From NCBI GenBank assembly GCA_945948555.1, contig CAMFBM010000003.1:7839-71838 (forward strand): a stretch of DNA of 64,000 bases. Direction: 5' to 3'. The notes beneath the pieces are model-generated. The model searched no databases. It was not told where the DNA came from and worked only from the letters and a program-made list of their open reading frames with translations. Below are positions 54,820 to 64,000 of this stretch, one piece after another. This DNA comes from an uncultured Bacteroidales bacterium (lineage in GTDB: Bacteria > Bacteroidota > Bacteroidia > Bacteroidales > UBA932). The position numbers and the translations under genes were made by a program. Positions within the stretch are counted from its first letter, which is position 1; every line of letters begins with the position of its first letter.

Positions 54820-56954
54820 TGAAGACACTTCAATTCATAATCAGGATACTCTCAAAGAGGTGGTTGATGCTTTTGAGCCTGCCTCTGGTGGCAGCCTTGT
54901 TGGTGTTCGCCCTGATGAGCCGCAATCCCAAGATGTACAAGTCCAGCAGTACCATCTACACCGGTATAGTCTCCGGCTATGATGTTCTTGCGGCAGAGTC
55001 CACCACCAGGGATTGGATGAGCGTCAACAATGCAGTGGACAATCTGATAAGCGTCATAACTGCCGAATCCACGCTCAGCAATGTATCTATGCGTCTTCTG
55101 GCGCGTAATATTTCACATCTTGACTGTCCCGACGAAAGGGAGTATATTACTGAGAATACTGCTGCGGAGTTGCGTAATATGCTTTCTAATGATATCTTAG
55201 AATTGACAGTGCGTTGTGACGAGGAGGCGACCTACCGCAATTTTATTGAAGCTTATGAGGCGAGCAGGGACAACTGGTTCAAGCAGATGTTCCACTGGAA
55301 CCACCGTCACTACAGCTTCAAAGCCCTTTCCGGTATTGAGGTAAGCCGCGTGGGCAGTTCCGATATGATACGCCTGTCCTATACCTGCGATGACCAGTTT
55401 GTGGCCTATCACACTCTGAAAATACTTGAAAGCGAATTTGTAAAACAATATCTCTCAATACGCTACCAGCAGACTACCGATGTCGTCAATTATTTCCAGA
55501 GGGAACTCAAGGCCATTCAGGCAGACCTGACCAGGAAGGAGGACGAACTGACCAAATACAATGTGGACAACGGCATCATCAACTATCAGGAACAGACAAA
55601 AATGGTTGCCGAAAGGCAGAAGGACCTGGATGGTCTCATAGAACTTGTGATGAGGGAAAGGGACGGATCTGAGCAGAAAATCCGCATACTCGAAGAGAAA
55701 CTCGGCTATGTTACTGACCTGTACACCAACAATATATCCTTCCTGACTCAGTTGCACACCATAAACGGACTCTACACCCAGATGTCCACCGACACCACCT
55801 CCAATGCAGATTTGAATATCAGGCTTGCAGAAGAGACTGAAAAACTCAGGTCGATAGGCAACGACATAAGTGTGTCGCAGTACACCAAGGAGGGGCTCTC
55901 CAATGATTTGCTTGTCACGGAATGGATTAACGCAATTCTCACCAAGTCTAAGGCAGAAGCAGAATTGAGTATTCTTATCGCAAATAAAAAGGAAATGGAG
56001 AAAGATGTAAGACGTTTTTCGCCTGTGGGGTCTTCAATAAAGAGACAGGAAAGGGAAATAAATTTTTCCGAGCAGAACTATCTTTCAAATCTCCGTTCTC
56101 TCAATGAGGCGAAACTCCGGGAGAAGAATCTTCAGCTGACATCTGCGACTTTCAAGGTCCTCACTCCTCCTGCAGTGGCCCTCTATCCGGAAAAGACCAA
56201 AAACAAACTCTATTCACTGGTGGCATTCCTGTTTACCTTCATCCTCCTTTGCGGTTTAGTCTTACTCTCCGAGGAAATGAACCGCAAACCGTACGATTCC
56301 ACCTCTGCGAACAATCTCGTGAATCTGCCGGTTATCGGGGCCTATCCTCTGCTGAAGAAAAAGTCAAAATATTCCGATATTTATGCCAGCCTGGCGATGC
56401 GCAATCTGGGCAACACCATCACAAACTACTTCGACCGGGACCAGACTGTGAACATCATCAACGTTTTCAGCATAAACAAGGGTGAAGGCAAGAGTACAGT
56501 CTGCAGGGCTTTTAACGACTATTTCGAGAGCATTGAGACCAAGCCGGTAATCGTGGACTGGGAAAAGGACTTCGAAAGCAATTCCAAATACTATCTGCTT
56601 GCCAACTCCATCTATGACTTCGGTGTGAACGAAAACAATATGGCATCAATGCCGGAGGCAAATGTCATAATTGTGGAGTACCCGCCGCTCAAGGACGCTT
56701 CCTTTCCGACCAAGGTGCTGAATACCTCTGCAATCAATGTCCTGGTTGTGGATTCAGAAAGGGATTGGTCAGGAATGGCCAGTCTTACCATCAATGAACT
56801 GAAGCGTTTCAATAAGCATAACAATATTGCCATCATACTGAACAACAGTGATATAGACACAGTAGGTTCTTTCACCGGAATGCTCCCTCCTTTCAGATGG
56901 ACGCACAAGCTGAGATTCGCCGTTTGGAATCTCGGCACCGAGACCAAAGTATAG
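54819..56954 (+). CDS. Wzc/GumC-like polysaccharide co-polymerase
   Basis: Two TMs flanking a long coiled-coil periplasmic region; Walker-A-like FSINKGEGKST and Walker-B-like VIIVEYPP. Confidence 0.8.
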   Translation: MKTLQFIIRILSKRWLMLLSLPLVAALLVFALMSRNPKMYKSSSTIYTGIVSGYDVLAAESTTRDWMSVNNAVDNLISVITAESTLSNVSMRLLARNISHLDCPDEREYITENTAAELRNMLSNDILELTVRCDEEATYRNFIEAYEASRDNWFKQMFHWNHRHYSFKALSGIEVSRVGSSDMIRLSYTCDDQFVAYHTLKILESEFVKQYLSIRYQQTTDVVNYFQRELKAIQADLTRKEDELTKYNVDNGIINYQEQTKMVAERQKDLDGLIELVMRERDGSEQKIRILEEKLGYVTDLYTNNISFLTQLHTINGLYTQMSTDTTSNADLNIRLAEETEKLRSIGNDISVSQYTKEGLSNDLLVTEWINAILTKSKAEAELSILIANKKEMEKDVRRFSPVGSSIKRQEREINFSEQNYLSNLRSLNEAKLREKNLQLTSATFKVLTPPAVALYPEKTKNKLYSLVAFLFTFILLCGLVLLSEEMNRKPYDSTSANNLVNLPVIGAYPLLKKKSKYSDIYASLAMRNLGNTITNYFDRDQTVNIINVFSINKGEGKSTVCRAFNDYFESIETKPVIVDWEKDFESNSKYYLLANSIYDFGVNENNMASMPEANVIIVEYPPLKDASFPTKVLNTSAINVLVVDSERDWSGMASLTINELKRFNKHNNIAIILNNSDIDTVGSFTGMLPPFRWTHKLRFAVWNLGTETKV

Positions 56955-56957
56955 CCA

Positions 56958-58385
56958 ATGTCTGACAAGTGGAAAAATGCACTATTCTGGGCCGTCTCCC
57001 TCATACTTGTGGCAGGGACGGTTTTCTTAATTTCATCCGGAATGCTGCCTTTTGCCGCCGTCCTCTGCGTTGCTCCGCTTCTGGGGTTTACGATGGTTCG
57101 GGCCTTTGACAACCGCCTCCTGTCGCTGTCCTTCATTCTCATTGCAGATTTCTGCATACCGGTTCTCGAACACTATCTGGTGGGTATGTCTATGGGACTG
57201 CTGATGGATGCTATGATATGCTTCAACCTTGCCGCCATAGCCTGTTCTGCAATGAACGGGACAAGGAGTACGAATGTCATTACTTTGGACTTGTTCATCG
57301 CCATAGGTATATGGTTGATCTACTGCATTGTGGAACTGCTCAATCCGAATATGAGGAGCATCGGGGTTTGGCTTTCGGCAGTGCGAAGTATGGCCTTGTA
57401 CTTCTTTATGGTTGCAATAATAGTCGAATTGTCCGTGACTGATTTCAAGCAGGTGATGACAATTCTTGCAATCTGGTCGGTCTTCGTACTGATGGCCTTT
57501 GCCAAACTTATGTACCAGAAATTCATAGGCTGGACTCCGGGGGACAAGTTCTTCCTGAATGTGATGGACGGAAAACGCACACACATAATATATTACGGCA
57601 TACGCTATTTCTCAATCTTTTCGGATGCGGCGAATTTCGGCGGCTCTATGGGGATGTCAGTGGTGGTCTTTTCAATCGTGGGAATGCACTTGAAGAGCAT
57701 CAAGACCAAGCTCTACTATTTCGCTGTGGCTGCCTGTGCCTGCGTGGGTATGTTCCTTTCCGGGACTCGAAGTGCCTTGCCTGTACCGGTGGCCGGAATT
57801 ATGGCTTACCTTGTGCTTGTTAAGGATTTCAAGAAAATGGTGCCGATAGCCATTGTATGCGCCATTGCAGTAGGTATTCTTGCGTTCACTGACATAGGCC
57901 AGAGCAATACTGCCATAAGGAGAGCCCGTACGATTTTTCACAGGGAAGAAGACCTTTCTTACCAGGTAAGGAAGCAGAATCAGGAAGCACTCAGAGGCTA
58001 TATGAAGGAACTTCCGTTTGGTAACGGTTTGGGAATGAGCGCTGGCAGGGCGCAGCGTAACGGGGATTATTCGCCTCTGACCTACTATCCGACTGATTCC
58101 TGGATAGTGCAGCTATGGGTGGAAACTGGCATAGTGGGTCTGGTCATATATTTATGCGTAATGCTATACATCTTTGCCCGGGCGGCATATATCGTTTTTT
58201 TCAAAATCGGAAACAGAGACTTTGCCGGTATATGTGCGGGGCTGCTTGCGGGGGTTATGGGCCTCTTTGTGATGTCCACCAACAACGAGGTGTTTACTCA
58301 GTTCCCCAATAGCATACTTGTCTATATTTCCCTGACACTGGTATTCCTGGCTCCTCAACTTGAAAAAACAATTTCAGAAAAATGA
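56958..58385 (+). CDS. O-antigen ligase/Wzy-like polytopic membrane protein
   Basis: About 11-12 TMs; RYFSIFSDAANFG, LSGTRSA, PFGNGLG and DSWIVQLWVETGIVG. Confidence 0.85.
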   Translation: MSDKWKNALFWAVSLILVAGTVFLISSGMLPFAAVLCVAPLLGFTMVRAFDNRLLSLSFILIADFCIPVLEHYLVGMSMGLLMDAMICFNLAAIACSAMNGTRSTNVITLDLFIAIGIWLIYCIVELLNPNMRSIGVWLSAVRSMALYFFMVAIIVELSVTDFKQVMTILAIWSVFVLMAFAKLMYQKFIGWTPGDKFFLNVMDGKRTHIIYYGIRYFSIFSDAANFGGSMGMSVVVFSIVGMHLKSIKTKLYYFAVAACACVGMFLSGTRSALPVPVAGIMAYLVLVKDFKKMVPIAIVCAIAVGILAFTDIGQSNTAIRRARTIFHREEDLSYQVRKQNQEALRGYMKELPFGNGLGMSAGRAQRNGDYSPLTYYPTDSWIVQLWVETGIVGLVIYLCVMLYIFARAAYIVFFKIGNRDFAGICAGLLAGVMGLFVMSTNNEVFTQFPNSILVYISLTLVFLAPQLEKTISEK

Positions 58386-59278
58386 AAAAGAGAGTATCAT
58401 TCATAAGTGTCAATTACAACGGGATTGCCCAAACCTCCGATTTCATAAAGTCGGTACAGGCAAATGTACATTCCTGTTCTTATGAAATTATTATAGTGGA
58501 CAATGGTTCGCGCAATGATGAGGCTGCGGCACTAAAGCTCCTGTTCCCCTGCATCAAGACCATAAGGAGCGCAGAAAATCTGGGCTTTGCAGGCGGCAAC
58601 AACCTCGCTCTGGAGTACGCAGTGGGGGATTACCTCTTTTTCATAAACAACGACACAGAAATACTTGAGGATCATATTGACCTGCTGTGCAAGGCCCTGG
58701 AAGAACATCCGGATGCAGGAATGGTCTGTCCAAAAATCTGTTTTTTCTCAGACAAGTCAATAATTCAATATGCGGGTTACACCCCGATGAAAGGCTTCCG
58801 TATGAAGAATGAGATGCTGGGCTACGGGAAGAAGGACGACGGTTCATTTGACAGGGCAGGCTTCACCGCCTTCCCTCACGGGGCCGCAATGCTCATCAGA
58901 AGGGAAGCTATTACGCAAGTGGGGCCGATGCCGGAGGTGTATTTTCTTTATTATGAGGAACTTGACTGGGCGCTGATGTTCTCCCGCAAGGGATGGAAAA
59001 TCTATTTCGAGCCATCCTGCACCATCTACCACAAGGACAGTCTTACAACCCGCAGGCATGGTCCTGTCTTTACCTATTATATGACCCGTAGCAGGCTGAT
59101 TTTCGCCCAGCGCAATCTCGAAGGCTTCCAGAGAGTACTTTCAATACTGTTTACACGTTATGTGGCTTCTTCTAAGCATCTGATAGTCAATCTGATGCAG
59201 GGAAGACTGGACTCAGTCTCCGCGATTTTGCGCGCCAATAGGGATTTCATAAGAATGAAAAGGGAGGACAAAATATGA
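58382..59278 (+). CDS. Glycosyltransferase family 2
   Basis: FISVNYN, VDNGS, NLGFAGGNN, FINNDT, HGAAML and YYEELDW. Confidence 0.92.
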   Translation: MKKRVSFISVNYNGIAQTSDFIKSVQANVHSCSYEIIIVDNGSRNDEAAALKLLFPCIKTIRSAENLGFAGGNNLALEYAVGDYLFFINNDTEILEDHIDLLCKALEEHPDAGMVCPKICFFSDKSIIQYAGYTPMKGFRMKNEMLGYGKKDDGSFDRAGFTAFPHGAAMLIRREAITQVGPMPEVYFLYYEELDWALMFSRKGWKIYFEPSCTIYHKDSLTTRRHGPVFTYYMTRSRLIFAQRNLEGFQRVLSILFTRYVASSKHLIVNLMQGRLDSVSAILRANRDFIRMKREDKI

Positions 59279-60435
59279 TAACTCTCTGTGTGTATTTTCT
59301 TTTGCACTTTCTGTTGTGCCTGATTTTCGTGGTGCCGGCGCTGTACTATTTCGTATTTGCAGTGGCGGGAAAATCATTGTCTGCAGCAAAGAATAGCCCC
59401 TCCCGCCAAAGCCGTTTTTGCGTCCTCATCCCGGCATACAGGAGTGATTCCTACATTATGCCAACGGTACAGGCCGCTCTGAATCAGAAATATCCTTCAG
59501 ACAAGTTCCGTGTACTGGTGATTTCGGACGGTATGCAGAAGAGCAGTGTGGAAAATATACTCCACAGCGGAGCGGAAGTTCTCGAAGTGGCGTTTGCGAA
59601 CAGCACCAAGGCGGCATCTCTCGCGGCAGCTATGGATTATCTGGGTAGGGATGCCGGGGATTATGTCGTGATTCTGGATTCTGACAATATTGTGGAACCG
59701 GACTTTCTCTGCGAGATAAATGCAGTTCTTGACGGCAGGAGGATTGCAGTGCAGGGACACCGCTGCGCAAAGAACGCCGACACTCCGGTGGCTGTTGCAG
59801 ACGGTATTTTCGAGCAGGTGAACAATCTCGTTTTCAGGGCGGGGCATTGTGCTCTTGGACTCTCCTCAGCACTTATAGGCTCCGGTATGGCTTTCCCCTA
59901 CGACTGGTTTCGTGGGTGTGCAAGAGATTTCGAAACGGCAGGGGAGGACAAGGAAATGGAACTGAGGTTGCTGATGGACGGAATCTTTGTGGAATATGCC
60001 CCTCATATCCATATACTTGATGAAAAGACCAGAAGCATCACCAATCTGCAGAAGCAGAGACGTCGCTGGCTTCATTCACAATATGCGTTGATAGTCAATG
60101 CCATTGCCGAGTTCCCGTATGCAAAGTTTAAGGTCGGTTATGCTGACAAGCTTTTGCAGTGGCTCTTCATTCCCAGAATTCTGCTCATTACGGGACTTCC
60201 TCTGCTCGCCATCCTGTCCATTTTTACTTCAAGTATCTGGTGGTTGTACCTGCTTGCCACCATTATGCTTTTTGCAGCCATTTGCCTCGGCCTTCCTGCC
60301 GGAGTGAAAATCAAGGACCTCGCTCCGGTGCTTAATCAGGTTCCCGCAATGGCACTTGCAACTCTTAGAAATATTTTCGGCAAAAAAACTGCCAGTGACG
60401 AATTCATACATACGGACCATGAGAATAGCAATTGA
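59275..60435 (+). CDS. Membrane-anchored glycosyltransferase family 2 with QXXRW motif
   Basis: N- and C-terminal TMs; VLIPAY, ILDSDN, GEDKE and QRRRW. Confidence 0.9.
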   Translation: MITLCVYFLLHFLLCLIFVVPALYYFVFAVAGKSLSAAKNSPSRQSRFCVLIPAYRSDSYIMPTVQAALNQKYPSDKFRVLVISDGMQKSSVENILHSGAEVLEVAFANSTKAASLAAAMDYLGRDAGDYVVILDSDNIVEPDFLCEINAVLDGRRIAVQGHRCAKNADTPVAVADGIFEQVNNLVFRAGHCALGLSSALIGSGMAFPYDWFRGCARDFETAGEDKEMELRLLMDGIFVEYAPHIHILDEKTRSITNLQKQRRRWLHSQYALIVNAIAEFPYAKFKVGYADKLLQWLFIPRILLITGLPLLAILSIFTSSIWWLYLLATIMLFAAICLGLPAGVKIKDLAPVLNQVPAMALATLRNIFGKKTASDEFIHTDHENSN

Positions 60436-61510
60436 AGCACAGAGAATATTCAGACGCAATAAGCACGGAATGGATTTCGTAATCCTCGAAATCATCCGCT
60501 GCCTCCAGAAACTTGACCACGTAAATGAGTATTGGGTCTTTGTGGCTCCAGGTGAGGATGTCTGTCTGGAGCAGACTCCGAATTTCCATATCGTGGTGCT
60601 TGGGAGCGGTTTCTATCCGCTTTGGGAACAGGTCCTTCTGCCTGCTGTGGTACGGAGGGTAAAGGCTGATGTGCTGCATTGCACGAGCAACACAGCTCCT
60701 CTGTTTCCGGGAGTGCCTTTGGTTGTGACCTTGCACGATGTCATCTGTCTGGAGAAGGAGAACGGCAGCAGCAAGTCCCTCTATCAGAAGATGGGCAGGA
60801 TTTACAGCCGTTTCGTGGTGCCCAAAGTGATGAGGATTTGCCGCAAGGTGGTGACCGTGTCCCATTATGAGAAGGAGAGGATTCTGGAAAAACTGAATCT
60901 CCCGTCAGAAATGGTGAAGGTGGTGCACAATGGTTTTGGTGAAGAATTCAATATCCGTGCATCTTCATCATCAAGGGATTATATTCTCTTTTTGGGAGCG
61001 ACGGCCCCGAAAAAGAATACCCGGGGGACCTTGCAGGCTTATGGCCTCTACGTTGACAAGTCCCGTCGAAAGCTGCCCCTCAAAATTGCAGACCTGAGCC
61101 GGGAGCACGTGAAGGAATATCTTGCCGAAATCGGCAGACAGGATCTGAATGACCGGATTATCTGCACGGGATATGTGCCCCATTCAGAATTGCCTGCCCT
61201 CTATGGCGGAGCATCGGCATTCCTGTACACATCTTTCCGCGAGAGTTTCGGCATACCGCAGCTGGAAGCTATGGGATGCGGTACCCCCGTTGTGGTTTCC
61301 GACAAATCTGCCCTTCCGGAAGTGGCTGGACCCGGTGCGGTCTATGCAGACCCCTATGAGCCTGAATCAATTGCCTTGAAACTGCTGAAATTGGAGGAGG
61401 ACGAGTCTTTCAGGGCAGCTGCAGTGGAATATGGCCTGGAAAGGGTCAAGGAATTCTCCTGGGAAAAATCGGCCACACTTATGCTCTCAATCTATGAATC
61501 ATTCAAATAA
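60419..61510 (+). CDS. Glycosyltransferase family 4
   Basis: MRIAIEAQRIF, VVTLHDVI and RESFGIPQLEAMGCG. Confidence 0.93.
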   Translation: MRIAIEAQRIFRRNKHGMDFVILEIIRCLQKLDHVNEYWVFVAPGEDVCLEQTPNFHIVVLGSGFYPLWEQVLLPAVVRRVKADVLHCTSNTAPLFPGVPLVVTLHDVICLEKENGSSKSLYQKMGRIYSRFVVPKVMRICRKVVTVSHYEKERILEKLNLPSEMVKVVHNGFGEEFNIRASSSSRDYILFLGATAPKKNTRGTLQAYGLYVDKSRRKLPLKIADLSREHVKEYLAEIGRQDLNDRIICTGYVPHSELPALYGGASAFLYTSFRESFGIPQLEAMGCGTPVVVSDKSALPEVAGPGAVYADPYEPESIALKLLKLEEDESFRAAAVEYGLERVKEFSWEKSATLMLSIYESFK

Positions 61511-61537
61511 TCTGCGCATTACTCAAAATCAAATACT

Positions 61538-62155
61538 ATGTCGGACCTCAAGAATCTGAAATACACCCATCCCAGACTCAAGCAATTCATAGTCTGGTGT
61601 CTCTCATCTATGAAACATCCCCGTCCTCGCCTGTGGACACGGCTTTTCGTCAATCCATTTGTCCACAGCCGCGGCGCAGGAAGCAAGGTCTGTATGAAAG
61701 CTCGTCTGGACGTGTTCCCCTGGAGGAAATTCTCTCTCGGCAGGGGAGCTATAGTCGAGGATTATGCTGTTGTGAACAATGGTGCCGGGGACGTGATTAT
61801 CGGAGAGAAGTCGCGCATAGGCATAGGCAGCGTGGTGGTGGGACCTGTTGAAATCGGAGACCGCACCTCTCTTGGACCTCACGTGCACATTGCCGGTTTC
61901 AACCATACATTTGATGATGGGGACAGGGATTGGAACGAGCAGGGACTCACAATCAGGCCCATCAGAATAGGCAACGAATGTCTCATCGGAGCCAATTCCT
62001 GTATCTGTGGCGGGGTCAGCATAGGCGACAGGGTGCAGGTAGGGGCTGGAAGCGTAGTTACCAAGGACCTTCCTGATGCCTGCGTAGCTGTGGGCAATCC
62101 GGCAAGAGTTATCAAATTGTACAATCTTCAGACGAAAAGATGGGAAAGAGTATGA
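61538..62155 (+). CDS. Hexapeptide-repeat O-acetyltransferase
   Basis: Left-handed beta-helix repeats and IGDRVQVGAGSVVTKDLP...AVGNPARVI. Confidence 0.92.
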   Translation: MSDLKNLKYTHPRLKQFIVWCLSSMKHPRPRLWTRLFVNPFVHSRGAGSKVCMKARLDVFPWRKFSLGRGAIVEDYAVVNNGAGDVIIGEKSRIGIGSVVVGPVEIGDRTSLGPHVHIAGFNHTFDDGDRDWNEQGLTIRPIRIGNECLIGANSCICGGVSIGDRVQVGAGSVVTKDLPDACVAVGNPARVIKLYNLQTKRWERV

Positions 62156-63264
62156 AGGTGATGTTTCTGGTCTTCCACTCTCTTGCGGCCCACAGCGGCA
62201 TAAGCAAGAAAATACTTGCCCAGATTGAGGGCTTTAGGCAGAATGGAGCCGATGTCGCCTTTTGCCGTCTGGTCGTGGATGAGGATGGAATCAAGCGAAG
62301 GGTAGTGGACGACAAGACTATATGCAGTTTCGGAAGAGGATTATGGGCTAAGTTGAGAAAGCGTTTGGACTATTCGGACATAGTCCGGGCTGCAGTGGAA
62401 GGGGATTTTGACCTCGTTTATATCAGATATGACATCAATGCAGACCCTTTTACTGTCAGACTGATGAAACAACTGCACCGCAAGGGGATAAGGACTGCTG
62501 TGGAAATCCCCACCTGGCCTTATGATGGGGAATTCAAGGGACAAGGTTTAATGATGAACCTGCAGCTTGCCATCGACAAGCTTTTCCGCAGGCGCTTTTT
62601 TTCATACTGCGGCAATGTTGTGCTCTACAGCGGGCCTGATGTGCTCTTCGGCTGCCCTGTGGTCCGCATAAGCAATGGAGTGGATTTCGCAAAAGTACCT
62701 TTAAGTGCCCTTGAGCGACGTGATGCCCGAAAAGGATTCCTCAAGCTGCTTTCTGTAGCTAATATACACCTCTGGCACGGTCTGGACAGGCTAATAAGAG
62801 GAATGGCAGATTTTCCGGAATGTGAACTTCACATAGTTGGAGACGGAGTGCAGGAGATAATAGACAGTTACCGCAAAATGGCAGAGGATTTTGGAATTCA
62901 GGACAGAGTGAGAATACTCGGCCCTTTATATGGCGATGCACTTGACCGTGAATTTGAATGGGCGGACCTGGCAGTGGGCAGTCTCGGAAGGCACCGCAGC
63001 GGTATTTCCAGCATCAAGACGCTCAAGAACCGGGAATATGCAGCCCGGGGTCTGGCTTTCTTCTATTCGGAAGAGGATGAGGATTTCGACAATGCCCCTT
63101 ATGTGTTCAAGGTTCCTGCGGACGAATCTCCGATAGATGTAAAGGCGCTCTCCGAATTTCTGTCAGCCCTGGATATGTCCCCTGAGCAGATTAGAGGGTC
63201 GGTGCAGCACCTGAGCTGGACAGAACAGATGGGAAAGGTTATCAGAACGGTTTCCCGAGAATAA
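62152..63264 (+). CDS. Glycosyltransferase (GT4-like)
   Basis: GISKKILAQI, VEIPTWPY, SVANIHLWHGLDRL, LHIVGDG and LKNREYAARG. Confidence 0.85.
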   Translation: MKVMFLVFHSLAAHSGISKKILAQIEGFRQNGADVAFCRLVVDEDGIKRRVVDDKTICSFGRGLWAKLRKRLDYSDIVRAAVEGDFDLVYIRYDINADPFTVRLMKQLHRKGIRTAVEIPTWPYDGEFKGQGLMMNLQLAIDKLFRRRFFSYCGNVVLYSGPDVLFGCPVVRISNGVDFAKVPLSALERRDARKGFLKLLSVANIHLWHGLDRLIRGMADFPECELHIVGDGVQEIIDSYRKMAEDFGIQDRVRILGPLYGDALDREFEWADLAVGSLGRHRSGISSIKTLKNREYAARGLAFFYSEEDEDFDNAPYVFKVPADESPIDVKALSEFLSALDMSPEQIRGSVQHLSWTEQMGKVIRTVSRE

Positions 63265-64000
63265 GCTTGGCAACCTGTCCCCAATTGAAGGCATAGTGGT
63301 ATTTTGTGTAAATTTCCCTGGCTATGTGCAGCCTGATTCGCAGCGGAAGTTTTCTGGAGTTATAGCAAAGCGATGTGGTGATTGTCCTGGTTAGCGCATC
63401 TATTGCGATTCTATCACACATATCTCTCCCAAGGGGCGTTACCAGCCTTAGAGTTTCAAGATATCCCTTGACATTACTTTCGGAAAAGTGCGTTGTCATA
63501 ACTGACTTTTTCCTGATTCTGCGTAGGAAAAACTCTTCCGGTATGCCCCTGGTACGAGAGGCTCTGATGAATGCCTTGGCTGCAAAGGCTTCGTCTTCGT
63601 GTAGAATTCCTTCAGGGAACCGGATGTCGTGAGTGCGTAAGAAATCGCTGCGGAACAGGCACAGGCACACCGAGCAACGGTAAATCCCCCTTTCGAGCAT
63701 ATCTGCCATAATCCCGTTTCCGTGCTGGACCTGGGTGTAGGAAGCACTTCGATGATAGTCGAACCAGGGGTTTGCATTAAGGTCCAGGTCTTCTCCGAAA
63801 GAGGCTCCGTCAAAAAACACAAAGTCCAGATTGTCTTTCCTGCATATTTCAACGCAGGTTTCAAGAGTCTGAGGGAGAATAATGTCGTCGCTGTCCATAA
63901 AATAGACAAATTCTCCCCTCGCTTGTGCAAAAGCCCTGTTCCTCGCTGCTCCCTGACCGGAGTTGGGCTGTGTTATAATCCTGATTTTGTCTCCGAAACT
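63242..64000 (-). CDS. Glycosyltransferase family 2 (5' end beyond the window)
   Basis: Frame stays open past track start 63898 (IITQPNSGQGAARN...FMDSDD); contains HEDEAF. Confidence 0.9.
   Translation of the reverse strand, partial: SFGDKIRIITQPNSGQGAARNRAFAQARGEFVYFMDSDDIILPQTLETCVEICRKDNLDFVFFDGASFGEDLDLNANPWFDYHRSASYTQVQHGNGIMADMLERGIYRCSVCLCLFRSDFLRTHDIRFPEGILHEDEAFAAKAFIRASRTRGIPEEFFLRRIRKKSVMTTHFSESNVKGYLETLRLVTPLGRDMCDRIAIDALTRTITTSLCYNSRKLPLRIRLHIAREIYTKYHYAFNWGQVAKLILGKPF

Noticed and set aside
412-63930. Many long antisense or alternate-frame ORFs in the track (for example 412-1032, 15598-16506, 26496-27416, 32351-33172, 38911-39807, 42916-43692)
   Set aside because: They are shadows of well-supported genes on the opposite strand and show no recognisable motifs.

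Overview
A 64-kb core-chromosome segment from an anaerobic Bacteroidales bacterium. The lineage call rests on Bacteroidota TTTG-N19/20-TAnnTTTG promoters, a SusC/SusD pair and gene content. An uncultured Rikenellaceae-related or Cryptobacteroides-like gut lineage is my inference. About 50 protein genes and one tRNA-Thr(CGT) are present; I found no integrase, transposase, prophage or CRISPR array. Positions 1-40 kb hold housekeeping and envelope genes: rplI, rluD, lnt, an unpaired gltB, an OmpA protein, the aguA-aguB-purT run, an acyl-CoA ligase, htpG, folE, an Omp85-type barrel, an ECF sigma/anti-sigma/DUF4252 operon, fhs, rarA, pyk and fprA. Positions 40-64 kb are the most interesting. They carry a candidate ~115-nt sRNA, a modular lipoprotein nuclease and an orphan SusC/SusD pair. 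They also carry a signalling module: an intact sensor kinase translationally coupled to a paralogous pseudokinase (H-box His replaced by Asp, ATP-lid boxes lost). This pair is transcribed divergently from a canonical stand-alone receiver and an atypical receiver, which head an exopolysaccharide operon (half-size TolC, Wzc-like protein lacking a Tyr cluster, Wzy/ligase-like protein, five glycosyltransferases, an acetyltransferase). All family assignments come from motif recognition by eye; no database searches were run.
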